A stretch of 64,000 nt of DNA. Origin: Candidatus Latescibacterota bacterium (lineage in GTDB: Bacteria; Latescibacterota; UBA2968; UBA8231). Of this stretch, positions 1 to 11,078 are shown piece after piece (the stretch's first letter is position 1; every line of letters starts with the position of its first letter). The notes under the pieces were generated by a model. It did no database searches and was not told the origin of the DNA. It saw only the letters and a list, made by a program, of their open reading frames with translations. The stretch spans positions 1,088,001 through 1,152,000 of the forward strand of contig CBDCSU010000004.1 in NCBI GenBank assembly GCA_965221775.1, written 5' to 3'. The translations under genes and the position numbers were made by a program.

Positions 1-1983
1 CGCTTCCTCAGCGAGAAGTTGAACGACATCGAGCAGGAGCGAGGCCAGATTCCGTTGCGCAGCGTCGACACCCGTCACATCCAGAACGACGCTATTCGGG
101 ACGTGTTCACGCCCCTCCCTTCTGCGAGACTCCACGGGACCTTGGCCGTAACCTCAGGGCTCAAAGCAATGGTGGGATCAATGGTGTCCCCGCAGGCCCG
201 TGAGCGTGAGGCCATACAGACCATCGTACAGTTCGTTGGTGCCAGTGACTACGAAACGGCTCGTACTCGACTCCTCGAGGAGTCACGTCAACGAGCCTCA
301 CGGAGCACGATCTACCTGCTGGGCCGAACAGCACCGGAGATCGAAGATCGGGTTGCCGAGATCTACCGGTGTCGCGAGATCTCGAAGCGCCACCAGAGCG
401 ACGCGGATTTGGAGGTGAAGGAGTACTGCGCGGCCCAGGCCGATCGTGCGACGAGCCTCACGATCGAACTGCAGCATCAGCTCAAACGCAGCCTCGCACA
501 GGGTTCCTTCTTGTTCCGAGGTCAGACCACGGCTGTAGCGAGTCTCGATCAGGATTTGTCCGCTGCGGCGAAGAGCTTCTTGGGGACGGCAGCTGAGCAG
601 GTCTTCGACCGGTACGTCGAGGCGCCGGTTCGCGTAGAGACTGCGCTGGCAGAGAAGTTCCTGAGGGCCGGCAACCTCCAGTCCGTAAGTACGGAGATTG
701 ACCCCCTACACCTCGTACAGATGACAGGTGGCACACCTAGGATCGGCACCGATCATCTGGCCATCAGCAGCATCCGGGACTACATCGATACACAGGGACA
801 GGTGGATGGGAAGAGATTGATCGACCACTTCCAAAGCCCACCGTTTGGCTGGTCTCAGGACACGCTCCGCTATCTGGTCGCTGCTATGCTCTTGGCGAGC
901 GAAGTCAAACTGAAAGTGTCCGGTCGAGAAGTATCCGTGAACGGGCAACCAGCCATCGACGCTCTGCGCACGAACAACGCATTCAAGAGCATTGGAGTCT
1001 CTCTGCGTGACGAGCGACCCTCAAACGAGGTCTTGGCACGCGCCGCCGGACGGCTCACGGAACTGGTTGGAGACACGGTGATCCCTTTGGAGGACGAGAT
1101 CAGCAAAGTCGCAGCCAAGCAGTTCACTCAGCTCCAGCACCAGCTTGGATCGCTCGATGGGAAGCTGGATGCCCTCGGCCTCCCAGGTGGTAGCGAGGTT
1201 CGCCACCTCACGGAGGATCTTTCGGAAATCCTCCTCACAGGTGCCTCTGATGCTCCGCAACGGCTTGGGAGTCCCGAGTCCTCGCTCTTTGACGGTCTCA
1301 CGTGGGCGATCGCGGTCGAGCGCGCACTTAGCAACGGGCTGGAGCCGACCATACGCGACCTGCAGGAACACCGCAAGGCCATAGAGGCCCTGCCAAACAC
1401 GCCGGTGCCAAGGGCCCTGCTGCAAGACGTGTCGGAGGAACTCGTTCGGGTGAAAGCACGACTGGCGCAGACGAACTTCCATGAGAGCGCCGCAGACTTG
1501 AGCAGCGCATTGACAGCGATCAAATCCCGCACGCGGTCTGCGGCGATTGAGCTGGCGACAGAGCAACGCGAAGTCCTGAAGAAGGCAGGAGAAGAGTTGC
1601 GTCAGTTGCCGCAGTGGGAAGAGCTGACACAGGAGGAGCAGTCGGATGTCCTGGGGCAGGTGGAGGGGATTCCTGTAGAAGCCGACGAGGATCTCGCAGG
1701 CATTACGAAGCTCCTAGGGGACTCCTTGGTAATTCGGTCGCAAATCGACGAAGTCCGTGGGGGGATTCTGAGGACCGCTGAGGAGAGGCGACTGTCTCGA
1801 ATCCAAGAGGAGCGAGAGAAGGCCAAAAGGGACGGCAAGACGAAGCTCGAACGCAGGATCCGCGTGCCTTCGGCCATCACGAGCGAGTCGGACCTAGATG
1901 AGTTGATCGACAGCCTCCGGCAGCTGAAGGAAGAGCTCTCCGTGTACGATGAGATCGAGGTAGCCTTCGAGATTGGGAACTGA
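1..1983 (+). CDS. brxC: BREX P-loop ATPase BrxC, C-terminal part (5' truncated by window)
   Basis: Frame open from base 1; 'IDHFQSPPFGWSQDTLRYLVAAML' (PFGW motif of BrxC), coiled-coil C-terminus ending 'DLDELIDSLRQL'; directly upstream of pglX. Confidence 0.85.
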   Translation, partial: RFLSEKLNDIEQERGQIPLRSVDTRHIQNDAIRDVFTPLPSARLHGTLAVTSGLKAMVGSMVSPQAREREAIQTIVQFVGASDYETARTRLLEESRQRASRSTIYLLGRTAPEIEDRVAEIYRCREISKRHQSDADLEVKEYCAAQADRATSLTIELQHQLKRSLAQGSFLFRGQTTAVASLDQDLSAAAKSFLGTAAEQVFDRYVEAPVRVETALAEKFLRAGNLQSVSTEIDPLHLVQMTGGTPRIGTDHLAISSIRDYIDTQGQVDGKRLIDHFQSPPFGWSQDTLRYLVAAMLLASEVKLKVSGREVSVNGQPAIDALRTNNAFKSIGVSLRDERPSNEVLARAAGRLTELVGDTVIPLEDEISKVAAKQFTQLQHQLGSLDGKLDALGLPGGSEVRHLTEDLSEILLTGASDAPQRLGSPESSLFDGLTWAIAVERALSNGLEPTIRDLQEHRKAIEALPNTPVPRALLQDVSEELVRVKARLAQTNFHESAADLSSALTAIKSRTRSAAIELATEQREVLKKAGEELRQLPQWEELTQEEQSDVLGQVEGIPVEADEDLAGITKLLGDSLVIRSQIDEVRGGILRTAEERRLSRIQEEREKAKRDGKTKLERRIRVPSAITSESDLDELIDSLRQLKEELSVYDEIEVAFEIGN

Positions 1984-1991
1984 GCGAAGAT

Positions 1992-4900
1992 ATGGGCTTC
2001 GATCAGTCGACTCGAAACCGGCTGGCGCGCTTCGTCGCCAAGACGCGCTCATTGCTGGCCGAGGAGTTCACCCGCCAGCTACAGAGCGACTTTGGGATGG
2101 ATCCCGGAAGCGGCGACGTGGCAGAGCTCGATCGGCTCGGCAACTTGAATGACGCTGATCGAGAGACGGCACTTCTTCTGCGGGAAACGCTGCATCACTA
2201 CGCTCCTCAGGCTGACACAGGCACCCCGGCCAAGGCGAAGAAGGCGCGGCAGGACGCTCTTGAGCGTATCGTCCGGGAACAGGCATTCACAATTCTCAAT
2301 CGCTTGTGTGCCCTGAGGATGTCCGAGGCGCGCGGCCTCCTGATCGAATCGATTGCCAAGGGCCATCGGTCGCAGGGATTCCAGCTGTACCAGCGCCTTG
2401 CCGGCACGGCGCTCGGAGAAACGGGGTCGTGCTATCGGACATTCCTGAACAGCATCTCAGATGAGTTCGCCGAAGACCTGGGCATACTCTTTGACCGCTT
2501 CAGTCCGATGGGACGCCTATTCCCGAAGGAAGGGTGCCTCCAGTTGCTGCTTGATGAGATCGACCATCCCGACCTGGAAGCACTGTGGGCGGAGGATGAG
2601 ACGATCGGTTGGATCTACCAGTACTATAACGACCCCGACGAGCGGAGGCAGATGCGGAAGGCCAGGGGCCCCCGAAGCTCACGGGAATTGGCTGTACGCA
2701 ACCAGTTTTTTACCCCACGGTATGTTGTCGAGTTTCTGACGGACAACACGCTTGGCCGAATGTGGTACGAGATGAACCGCGGGCAGACCTGCCTGACTAA
2801 GCAGTGTCGCTACCTGGCTCGTCGACCAGTAGAGGTGTTCCTGGAGGACGGTGAGAAGGCAACTGAGATCGCAGAGCGGGCGAAGAGGGATGTTGCGCCC
2901 GACTACATCCCGTACCGCGCCTGCAAAGACCCCCGAGAGATGCGTCTTCTTGATCCCGCCTGCGGATCTATGCACTTCGGTCTGTACGCTTTTGACTTAT
3001 TCGAGGCGATCTACGAGGAGGCCTGGGAAAGAGAGTGCGGAGCCGGGCTTCGGAAGGAGTTCTCAACCAAGGCAGACTACCTGAAGGCCGTACCGCGTCT
3101 GATTATCCAGCATAACATCCACGGAATTGACATCGACTCTCGAGCAGTACAGATCGCTGGCCTGTCGCTCTGGCTGCGAGCTCACAGGACTTGGCAGGAG
3201 CAAGGCCTGAAGGCCGTTGAACGTCCAGCGATTTCCCGATCGAACATCGTCTGTGCTGAAGGCATGCCCGGTGACGAGGGCCTGCTGAACGAGTTCATAG
3301 CCACACTAAATCCGGTCATTCTAGGCGAACTTGTGAGAACTGTCTTTGAGAAGATGCAGTGCAGGCGAATCTGGCTCCCTTCTCAGGATAGATGAAGAGA
3401 TCCGTACGGCTATTGATGCCGCTCGAGATGAGTGGAGTAGGTTCCACCGGAGGCCACAGGAGCTCTTCTCTGCCGAGGAGTTGAATCGAGTGACAATCCA
3501 GTCGCAGATGCCTCTCCGGAACAGGACGTTTAGGATCGATGACGCGGGGCTACAGGCCAGCTTCTGGAAGACCGCTGAGAAGCAGGTTCTCGACAGCCTT
3601 CGCATCTACGCTGAAAAGGCGGACGCTGACACCTATCGGCGCCGACTATTCTCCGAGGACGCAGTGCGTGGGTTTGCCTTCGTCGACCTGTGTCTCAAGA
3701 GATACGACATCGTCGTAATGAACCCTCCGTTTGGGGAACTGCCGTTGTCCACAAAGTCAGCTCTGGAAGCCTTATACAGCGAGTCCAAGTCGGATATCTG
3801 TGGGATGTTCGTCCTGAGGGCACTTCACTGGTGTTGTGAGGGGGGGCTGACAGGATCTATTACAAACAGAACTCCATTCTTTCTGGCTGGGCATGAGAAG
3901 TGGCGTGCCCGTATCCTGCGCGAATACTCCGTTCTGCAGTTTGCCGACCTCGGAGACAAAGTCCTAGACGCACTTGTGGAGACAGCATCATACGTCATCG
4001 GATCCTCTGGGCCCGTCGTGCGCCAAGCTGATTTCTACCGACTCGTGAAGGTTGCGGAGAAGGAGCAAGCCCTTCAGGGAGCGATTGCTGCGGGTGCCCA
4101 AGGTCACAGACAGGCCAATGCGTACCGGCTGGCTTCCGCGGAAATCCAGAGTATTCCTGCCTATCGGTTCTCATTCTGGCTTCCCGAGGCGATCCGGATG
4201 TCGTTCGATGCGTATGAGGCGATCGCAGAGATGGGCGTTTCAGTGGACGTGGGAATCTCGACCAAGGACGACTTCCGCTTCGTGAGAACCCTCTGGGAGG
4301 TGGAGGACGAATCGATCGTGGTGGAGATGGCTAGGGCCAGGAGGGAACATCGATGGATGCCCTTCGCCAAGGGTGGTGAGTACTCACCGTACTACGGCGA
4401 CATTCACCTCGTTGTGAACTGGGCAGACTCTGGGGCGGAAATCTCAGCTCTTGTCACTCAGCGCTATCCGTACCTGAAGGGCAATGCCTCATGGGTGCTG
4501 CATCCCGAATCGCACTACACCGAGCCAGGTCTGACCTACTCTAGACGTACAACAAGCGCGTTTGGTCCGAGGCTCTTGCCCGAAGGCTGCATATTCAACG
4601 ACCAAGGCATTGGCATCTTCACCCCAGAGGCTTCAGACCGATTTGGACTCCTCGCCCTCCTGATGTCGCGTTGCGCAGCGTACTTCATGGAGCTCTCCAT
4701 GGCGTCTGCCGATGCGGTTTCTTCTGGTAGTCCCGCTAGGCAGTACGAAACGAGCGTGGTGGGCAACTTGCCGTCACCGCTGTCACTGAGCGAGTTGACT
4801 GCGGAGCTCGGCGAACGGATGGAGTCTGTCACCAATAGGATGATAGAGCTATCCGCCGTTGAGGAACCGTCGATGTTCTTCGTCAGCCCGCTCTCGGGTG

Positions 4901-6342
4901 GTGTTGAGTGCTCATTGAGGGCAACCTTTGAGCGTGCAGCTAGACGCAGGCTCTCGTCTTTGGTGTCGGCCATCGAGGATTCTCATGAATCCGAGGTGAG
5001 GATCCGGGAGGCCTTTGGGTTCGAGGCGCTTGACTGTGTTGAGATCGACGCCGAGGTCGGCAGCCACCCCGGCGCTCTTCCACGCACCACTGGCCTCATG
5101 GTTTCCCAAGCAGAAGCGTGGTACCAGAAGGATGAGAAGGCACTAATCGATGCGGTAAGAAGGAAGCTTGGGGCAAATAGAAGCATCTCCAAGAAGGCAT
5201 TCATAGCAGATCGTCGTCTTGAGCTCATTTCGGCGATGGAAGGGTGTCATCCGAGCAAAGTGGTCGACGCTCTAACAAATTCTGAAGTCCTGTGGAAGGA
5301 GGAGGGAGCTGGGTTTGCCAAGGACGTGATGTCCTATCTCTTTGGCGTGGCGATGGGCAGGTGGGACGTGAGGCGGAGCTCGCTTAGCCTCGCCGATATG
5401 GGCATCAGTGCTGGGAGTCCTGCACTACCGGCGCCTCCAGGCATGCTACCACCTACTTGTAGAGCGGAGCTACCCCGAGATTACCCCGTGGATGTCCCAG
5501 CACGGGGCGTGTTGGTGGACGACGAGTCTCACGAGGATGACATCGTCAGGCATGTCCGAGAGGCCTTGTCAGCAATCTGGCAAGATGATTCGGAAGCGGT
5601 GGAGGAGGAGATCTGTCAAGTCCTCGGTATCGCCTCCTTGCGTGACTACTTCGCGGCACCAACTGGGTTCTTTGGGGATCATCTACGCAGATACTCCAGG
5701 TCCCGTCGTCAGGCGCCTATTTACTGGCCACTTTCCTCACCCTCGGGCATGTACACAGTCTGGCTCTACTACCATCGACTCACGGGAGAAACCCTCTACA
5801 CGTGTGTGAATGACTTCATAGAGCCAAGGATAGCAAGGGTAGAGGGAGAGATCGGTGACCTGCGGAGCAAGCAAACTCGCCTTCCAGCCCAAGAGAGGGA
5901 GCTTGAACGACAGTGTGAGCTTGAGGAGGAGCTGAGAAATCTGAGCGACGAGGTCTTGCGCATAGCGGAGGTCTGGCGGCCCGACCTCAACGACGGGGTC
6001 GTGATCAACGCGGCGCCGCTGTGGCGGCTCTTCCGACTCAGCACGTGGCGGAAGCGACTGATCGACACATGGGAGAAACTGCAGGCCGGAGAGTTCGACT
6101 GGACACATCTCGCCGCTTCCATGTGGCCAGAGCGTGTTGTTCGCTCTTGCCATCAGCAGCGCAGCTATGCGATTTCACACGATCTGGAGGATCGGCTGTG
6201 GCAGCTCGTAGAGACCGGTGAGGACCGTGAGGGAGACGCGAGGCTTGAGTGGAGACCCAGGACTGTCTCGGAGCGAGAGCTGAGCGAACTGGTCTCCAAG
6301 ATCCAGGGCCGCCACGGAGCCGGCCGGGTACGGTCGGGATGA
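1992..6342 (+). pseudogene. pglX: BREX adenine-specific DNA methyltransferase PglX/BrxX, frameshifted at ~3360 (real lesion or assembly error)
   Basis: ORF 1992-3395 has 'NQFFTPRYVVEFL' and motif I 'LLDPACGSMHFG'; ORF 3346-6342 has motif IV 'VVMNPPF' and C-terminal 'RSRRQAPIYWPL' and 'DLNDGVVIN'; the two join across AAG ATG CAG T GCA GGC GAA. Confidence 0.85.
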
Positions 6343-8861
6343 AGCTCAGTCGATTCATCCAGGAACACATCGTGCTCCCCCGCCTCAAGAGGGAGGGGGT
6401 TCTGGTCGTGTATGATCCGCAACTACGATATCGTGATCTGTGTCTGGAACTCGCTGATGAGTCTCTGTGCATTGTGGATGCCACAGAGAGCAGCATCGTG
6501 AGTCGCGATCTCGCCTTGGCTACACTAGAGGCTTTCGGGCAGCCCAATAGCGACTTGGGGGGGATTCTCATCTATGTGCCGACCAAGGCACCACTCACTG
6601 AGGAGGAGAAGCAGCGGGATCCGTTCTCTTTGTATGGCATCTGCGGCACCGTTTTTCCCGAGGGAGATGCCGACGAGTACGTGACGCTGTGCCTACGGGC
6701 CAAGCCCGACCACCAGACCCAGATCCGGCGGATCTTTGCGGACGATCCCAACCCGAGCTTCGATGTGATCGACGCCGTGGGTGGCACCGGAGACTGGCCA
6801 ACTCTTCAGGCGGTGCTGGGCGAAGATTCGGCGGGAAGCATCCTGCTGGCTTTGCTGGCGCCTACAGATGCCCAGACCGCAGCACTGAAAGCGAACGCCG
6901 CTTGGGTGACAGAGGCGAAGGGTCTACTCATTGGCACCTTGGGTCTGCAGCTAAAGACCCGAAGCAAGAACTGGTCGCCCGTCGCAGATGAACTGTGGCG
7001 GTTCCTGCTGTTCAGTGAGTTTGCCTTCGACCTACCCGGGGAGATCCCGGAGGAGTTGGCGATGGTGTCATGTGCCTCTCCGGAGGCGAGGCCCCTCGTG
7101 GAACACCTCTGTGACCGGCTGAGAGGATACGAGGTCACGAAAGGGCTCTATGTCAAAAGAGCAGAGGATGTTGAGAGTGAACTGAACCTGAGAGAGGTAT
7201 GCAGCGAGATTGACGACCTCGGCGGGCGGGACACCTTTCCGTTTGAGGAACGCTCATTCTTCCATCAGGCTGTGTCGGCCCTGAAGCACGACGATGTCGA
7301 TGCCCAGCGAAAGCTCCTGGATCGGCACAGGGGGTCCGTTTGGGTTGCCCGTGGCGAGAACCAGTCCCAGTGGCAGCTCGTGGAAGCCGCCGCGAGCCTC
7401 ATGCAGGCCTGCGAAGATGCTGAGCGCGAGCTGCCTGCCCATGCTCGCAGTCAAGAGGCACTCATTGACTTCTATACGGCGAACCTGCGGAAGGTCGATC
7501 GTCTGCAGCGAGAATTCGAGGAGGCAGACCGCGACCTGCTCAGCAAGGAACACGGGGTCGAAGACATAGGACCACTGGCACGGCTCGCCTATCGCAGACT
7601 CGTGGACAAGATACAGGACCTGTTTGTGCGGCACCTGGAGAGCGCCGGATGGCCCCCCGCTGGACGGCTGGCCAATGCGGACGTGTTTGACAGGGTTGTT
7701 GCTCCGAAGCTGCAAGAGAGCGGCCGCCGCGTCGCCGTCCTGCTCATCGATGCGCTACGTTACGAGCTTGGCGTCGAGCTGCACAAGCAGCTTGCTGATG
7801 ATGGCCGAGTGGAGCTGCAAGCGGCCTTCGCGCAGTTGCCGAGTGTCACTCCGGTGGGTATGGCCAGCCTGCTTCCAGGAGCAGGAAGTGGCCTGCAGCT
7901 GCTGCACAGCCATGGAAAGATGGTTGTATCCCTCGACGGGCAGTCTCTGCCGCAAGTAACTCAGCGAATGGATGTCCTGCGAAAGCGGTATGGTGATCGC
8001 TTCTCCGAGCAGGCACTGTCCGACTTCATCCGACCCAAGGCGAAGGTCGGTGGCGATGTGGAGCTGCTCGTCCTGCGAAGCACGGCGATCGATCAGCACA
8101 TGGAGTCGACGCCAGACATGGCGCCACGTCTTCTCCACCGGTCCCTCAAGACGATCCGTGTCGCGATCCACAAGCTGCGCAAGGAGGGGTTCCAGGACGC
8201 GATTGTCGTCACTGATCACGGCTTCTGCTTGAACACGGCCGCTGAGGCGGGGGACGTGTGCGGCAAACCGAGCGGAGACTGGCTCGACCTTCACGCCCGA
8301 CTGCTGCTCGGAAGCGGCGTGGCAGACTCTGCAAACCTCGTGATGCCTGCAGAGCATCTGGGTATTCGCGGGGACTTCAGGCATGTTGCCGTCCCGAGGG
8401 CAATGGTGCCCTACCGTGCCGGGCAGTGGTATTTCCACGGTGGTGCGTCGCTTCAGGAGGCCGTCGTTCCGGTGATCGAGATGCGCCTGGAGGTCCTGGA
8501 AGAGCAGGCTGCCATGCAGCCCTCGATGACGCTGAGCTACAAGCGTGGAGGAAGCAAGATCACGACAAGGCTCCCTGTCGTGGAGCTGGCCGTGGGACTG
8601 GGTGATCTGTTCGGCAGGGGTCAGGACTTCGAGGTCCTCATTGAGGCGCACGATAGACAGGGGAAGGTCGTTGGGGAGGCTAAGCCTGGGGGAAAGGTGA
8701 ACCCGGCGACGATGACACTGTCTGTGCGGGCCGGAGAGACGTTATCGGTTGTACTGCGGATGGACCTCGAGTTTGAGGGGAAGTTCACAGTCAAGGCAAT
8801 GGATCCTGGGACACTCACGACCTTCAGCAATCTTAGCCTGGAAACGGATTATACGGTGTAA
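6339..8861 (+). CDS. pglZ: BREX PglZ alkaline-phosphatase-superfamily protein
   Basis: ATGA overlap with pglX stop; motifs 'LLIDALRYE', 'PSVTPVGMASLLPG', 'VVTDHGF', 'FHGGASLQE'. Confidence 0.9.
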   Translation: MKLSRFIQEHIVLPRLKREGVLVVYDPQLRYRDLCLELADESLCIVDATESSIVSRDLALATLEAFGQPNSDLGGILIYVPTKAPLTEEEKQRDPFSLYGICGTVFPEGDADEYVTLCLRAKPDHQTQIRRIFADDPNPSFDVIDAVGGTGDWPTLQAVLGEDSAGSILLALLAPTDAQTAALKANAAWVTEAKGLLIGTLGLQLKTRSKNWSPVADELWRFLLFSEFAFDLPGEIPEELAMVSCASPEARPLVEHLCDRLRGYEVTKGLYVKRAEDVESELNLREVCSEIDDLGGRDTFPFEERSFFHQAVSALKHDDVDAQRKLLDRHRGSVWVARGENQSQWQLVEAAASLMQACEDAERELPAHARSQEALIDFYTANLRKVDRLQREFEEADRDLLSKEHGVEDIGPLARLAYRRLVDKIQDLFVRHLESAGWPPAGRLANADVFDRVVAPKLQESGRRVAVLLIDALRYELGVELHKQLADDGRVELQAAFAQLPSVTPVGMASLLPGAGSGLQLLHSHGKMVVSLDGQSLPQVTQRMDVLRKRYGDRFSEQALSDFIRPKAKVGGDVELLVLRSTAIDQHMESTPDMAPRLLHRSLKTIRVAIHKLRKEGFQDAIVVTDHGFCLNTAAEAGDVCGKPSGDWLDLHARLLLGSGVADSANLVMPAEHLGIRGDFRHVAVPRAMVPYRAGQWYFHGGASLQEAVVPVIEMRLEVLEEQAAMQPSMTLSYKRGGSKITTRLPVVELAVGLGDLFGRGQDFEVLIEAHDRQGKVVGEAKPGGKVNPATMTLSVRAGETLSVVLRMDLEFEGKFTVKAMDPGTLTTFSNLSLETDYTV

Positions 8862-8864
8862 CCG

Positions 8865-11018
8865 GTGGAACGAGACGAGGTCGACCGACTTCTGCTGGAT
8901 GCCTTCGAGGGTAAGGTCGTCCGGAAGGACCTTCTGCACCGGATCAAGAAGGGGACCAACGTCCCCACCTTTGTTCTTGAGTTTCTCCTGGCACGATACT
9001 GCGCCAGCGATGAGCCGGAAGAGATCCAAGCAGGCCTGGAAGCAGTGATCGCTACCCTTCAGGACAACTACGTCCGACCCGATGAGGCGAACGCAGCCCA
9101 GTCCAAGGTGGCGACCAAGGGCAAGCATCGTTTCATCGACAAGATCCATGTGAGATATGTCGAGAAGGAGAAGCGGCACTGGGCGGCCCTCGAGAATTTC
9201 AGCTCGAATCGCGTTGCGATTCCAGATCGCTTCTACCGCACCAACGAGAGGCTTCTTGAGGGCGGTATCTGGGCAGAAGTCACGATTGCCCACAACGAGG
9301 TAGACGAGGACGACTACGCCTTCTACGTCGAACAGATCCGACCGATCCAACTGAGCCGCTTCGACTTCGAAGACTATGTAGAGGGCAGAAAGCGGTTCAC
9401 GAGAGACCAATGGCTCGATGTCGTGCTGCGGTCGGTCGGCCTGGAGGGAAGCAAGCTCACCCCGCGGCAGAAGCTGCACTTCATGGCGCGACTGATACCG
9501 CTCGTCGAGGCGAACTTCAACTTCATCGAGTTGGGGCCCCGCGGTACCGGGAAGTCCTACTTCTTCAGCGAATTCTCACCATACTCGACGCTCGTCAGCG
9601 GTGGGCAGGCAACGGGTCCGATCCTCTTCTACAACAATGCGCGCCAACGCATCGGTCTCGTGGGTTATTGGGACACCGTCGCGTTTGACGAGGTCGGGAA
9701 CGTCAAGATCAAGGACCCCGGGGCGATCCAGATCATGAAGGACTACTTGGCCAACGGTAGATTCTCACGGGGTGTCGAGGTCATAGCCGATGCCAGCATG
9801 GCCTTCGTGGGGAACATCGACCACTCCATCCAGCAGGTAGTCAACTCCGCGAAGCATGATCTCTTCATGCCACTGCCGGCGGAGTTCGATCTGGCGGTCA
9901 TGGACCGACTGGCATTCTACCTGCCGGGCTGGGAAATGCTGAAGAACAGCACCGAGTACCTCACGATGAACTATGGGCTGATTACGGATTTCCTGGCCGA
10001 GGCATTCCACTACCAGTTCTCGCACACGAACCGCTACGAAGAGGTCTCACGGCGGATCAAGTTAGGGAAGGCGGTGGAGGGGCGCGATGAGAAGGGGATC
10101 AAGAAGACGGTTTGTGGGCTGCTGAAGATCCTGCACCCCGAGGGCCCACCTTCCGATGCAGAGTTCGATGAATATGTGGCCTACGCGATCGAGGGCCGCC
10201 GGCGCGTGAAGGAGCAGATGAACAAGCGGAAGCCGGATGACGAGTTTGCCAAAATCGACCTATCGTACGTCGCGGCCGACGGAGCTGAGACGATCGTATA
10301 CTGCCCCGAGTCGAAGAGGGCTCGAGCGACGCAGGAGCCACAGCGCCGGGGTCTCGGTCTTGGCATCGAGGGGGAGTCGGAGCCAGCGCAAGCCGCCGAT
10401 GGTCCTGAGGCTATGAGTGGCGCCGGAGGGAGGAATGGAGGGTCCGCGGCTTCCCCCGGCGTTGAGCCCGAAGCAGTGAGTGGGGCTGCCGCGGGTGCAA
10501 TTGAAGAACAGGCCGTGCCTACCGAGGAGGCCGTGGCCCCTGATCTACCCCCGCCATCGGAGGAGCACTACACCATCCGTTACGGCGATAGGGGACACAC
10601 CTACGAGTCGATTGTGGGACCATATCTCAGCGGTGTCCGTGAAGTGGTCGTGGAGGATCCCTACATCCGTGCCACCCATCAGATCCAGAACTTCGTGCGC
10701 TTCTGCGAGGCCGTCCTGAAGCAGTCTACCGTCAAGAAGATCACGCTGGTGACCTCATGGGATGACCAAGACGGGCGCGAGGCAGAAGAGCGTCTTGCCG
10801 AGCTCAAGCAGAGCCTGCTCGAGGCCGATGTGGTTCTGGAGGTGCAGGTGAAGCGGGGTTTGCACGATAGAGAGATCCGACTGGACAACGGCTGGGTTAT
10901 CAAGATTGGTCGTGGACTGGATTTCTACCAGAAGCCGGAGAGCTGGTTCAGTCTGGGTGCCAATGACATGTCTCTGCGGCCGTGCCTCGAGACCAAGGTC
11001 GACATCTTCAGGAGCTAG
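8865..11018 (+). CDS. brxL: BrxL-family AAA+ protein with C-terminal MIT_C/PLD-like domain in place of Lon protease
   Basis: 'NVPTFVLEFLL', Walker A 'ELGPRGTGKS', Walker B 'VAFDEV'; after an acidic Ala/Pro linker, 'VEDPYIR..HQIQNFVRFCE' and 'LHDREIRLDNGWVIKIGRGLD'. Confidence 0.88.
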   Translation: MERDEVDRLLLDAFEGKVVRKDLLHRIKKGTNVPTFVLEFLLARYCASDEPEEIQAGLEAVIATLQDNYVRPDEANAAQSKVATKGKHRFIDKIHVRYVEKEKRHWAALENFSSNRVAIPDRFYRTNERLLEGGIWAEVTIAHNEVDEDDYAFYVEQIRPIQLSRFDFEDYVEGRKRFTRDQWLDVVLRSVGLEGSKLTPRQKLHFMARLIPLVEANFNFIELGPRGTGKSYFFSEFSPYSTLVSGGQATGPILFYNNARQRIGLVGYWDTVAFDEVGNVKIKDPGAIQIMKDYLANGRFSRGVEVIADASMAFVGNIDHSIQQVVNSAKHDLFMPLPAEFDLAVMDRLAFYLPGWEMLKNSTEYLTMNYGLITDFLAEAFHYQFSHTNRYEEVSRRIKLGKAVEGRDEKGIKKTVCGLLKILHPEGPPSDAEFDEYVAYAIEGRRRVKEQMNKRKPDDEFAKIDLSYVAADGAETIVYCPESKRARATQEPQRRGLGLGIEGESEPAQAADGPEAMSGAGGRNGGSAASPGVEPEAVSGAAAGAIEEQAVPTEEAVAPDLPPPSEEHYTIRYGDRGHTYESIVGPYLSGVREVVVEDPYIRATHQIQNFVRFCEAVLKQSTVKKITLVTSWDDQDGREAEERLAELKQSLLEADVVLEVQVKRGLHDREIRLDNGWVIKIGRGLDFYQKPESWFSLGANDMSLRPCLETKVDIFRS

Positions 11019-11050
11019 TTTGGACACCACCGCCACTACGGAGGGGTGGT

Positions 11051-11075
11051 TGGCCGAGTGTCGCCCCCTCGGCCA
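11051..11075. terminator. GC hairpin between convergent brxL and DUF72 genes
   Basis: TGGCCGAG...CTCGGCCA 8-bp stem; no clear U-tract. Confidence 0.3.
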
Positions 11076-11078
11076 CCG

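Larger units (their letters stand above)
1..11018 (+). other. Type-1-like BREX phage-defence locus (3' part), probable horizontally acquired island
   Basis: Gene order brxC-pglX-pglZ-brxL with tight coupling (8-nt gap, ATGA overlap, 3-nt gap); visibly more A/T-ending codons than DNA after 11018. Confidence 0.9.

Noticed and set aside
3346-3395. Programmed ribosomal frameshift or natural two-gene split of pglX
   Set aside because: No slippery heptamer; the downstream ORF's TTG start gives out-of-context residues and lacks an SD
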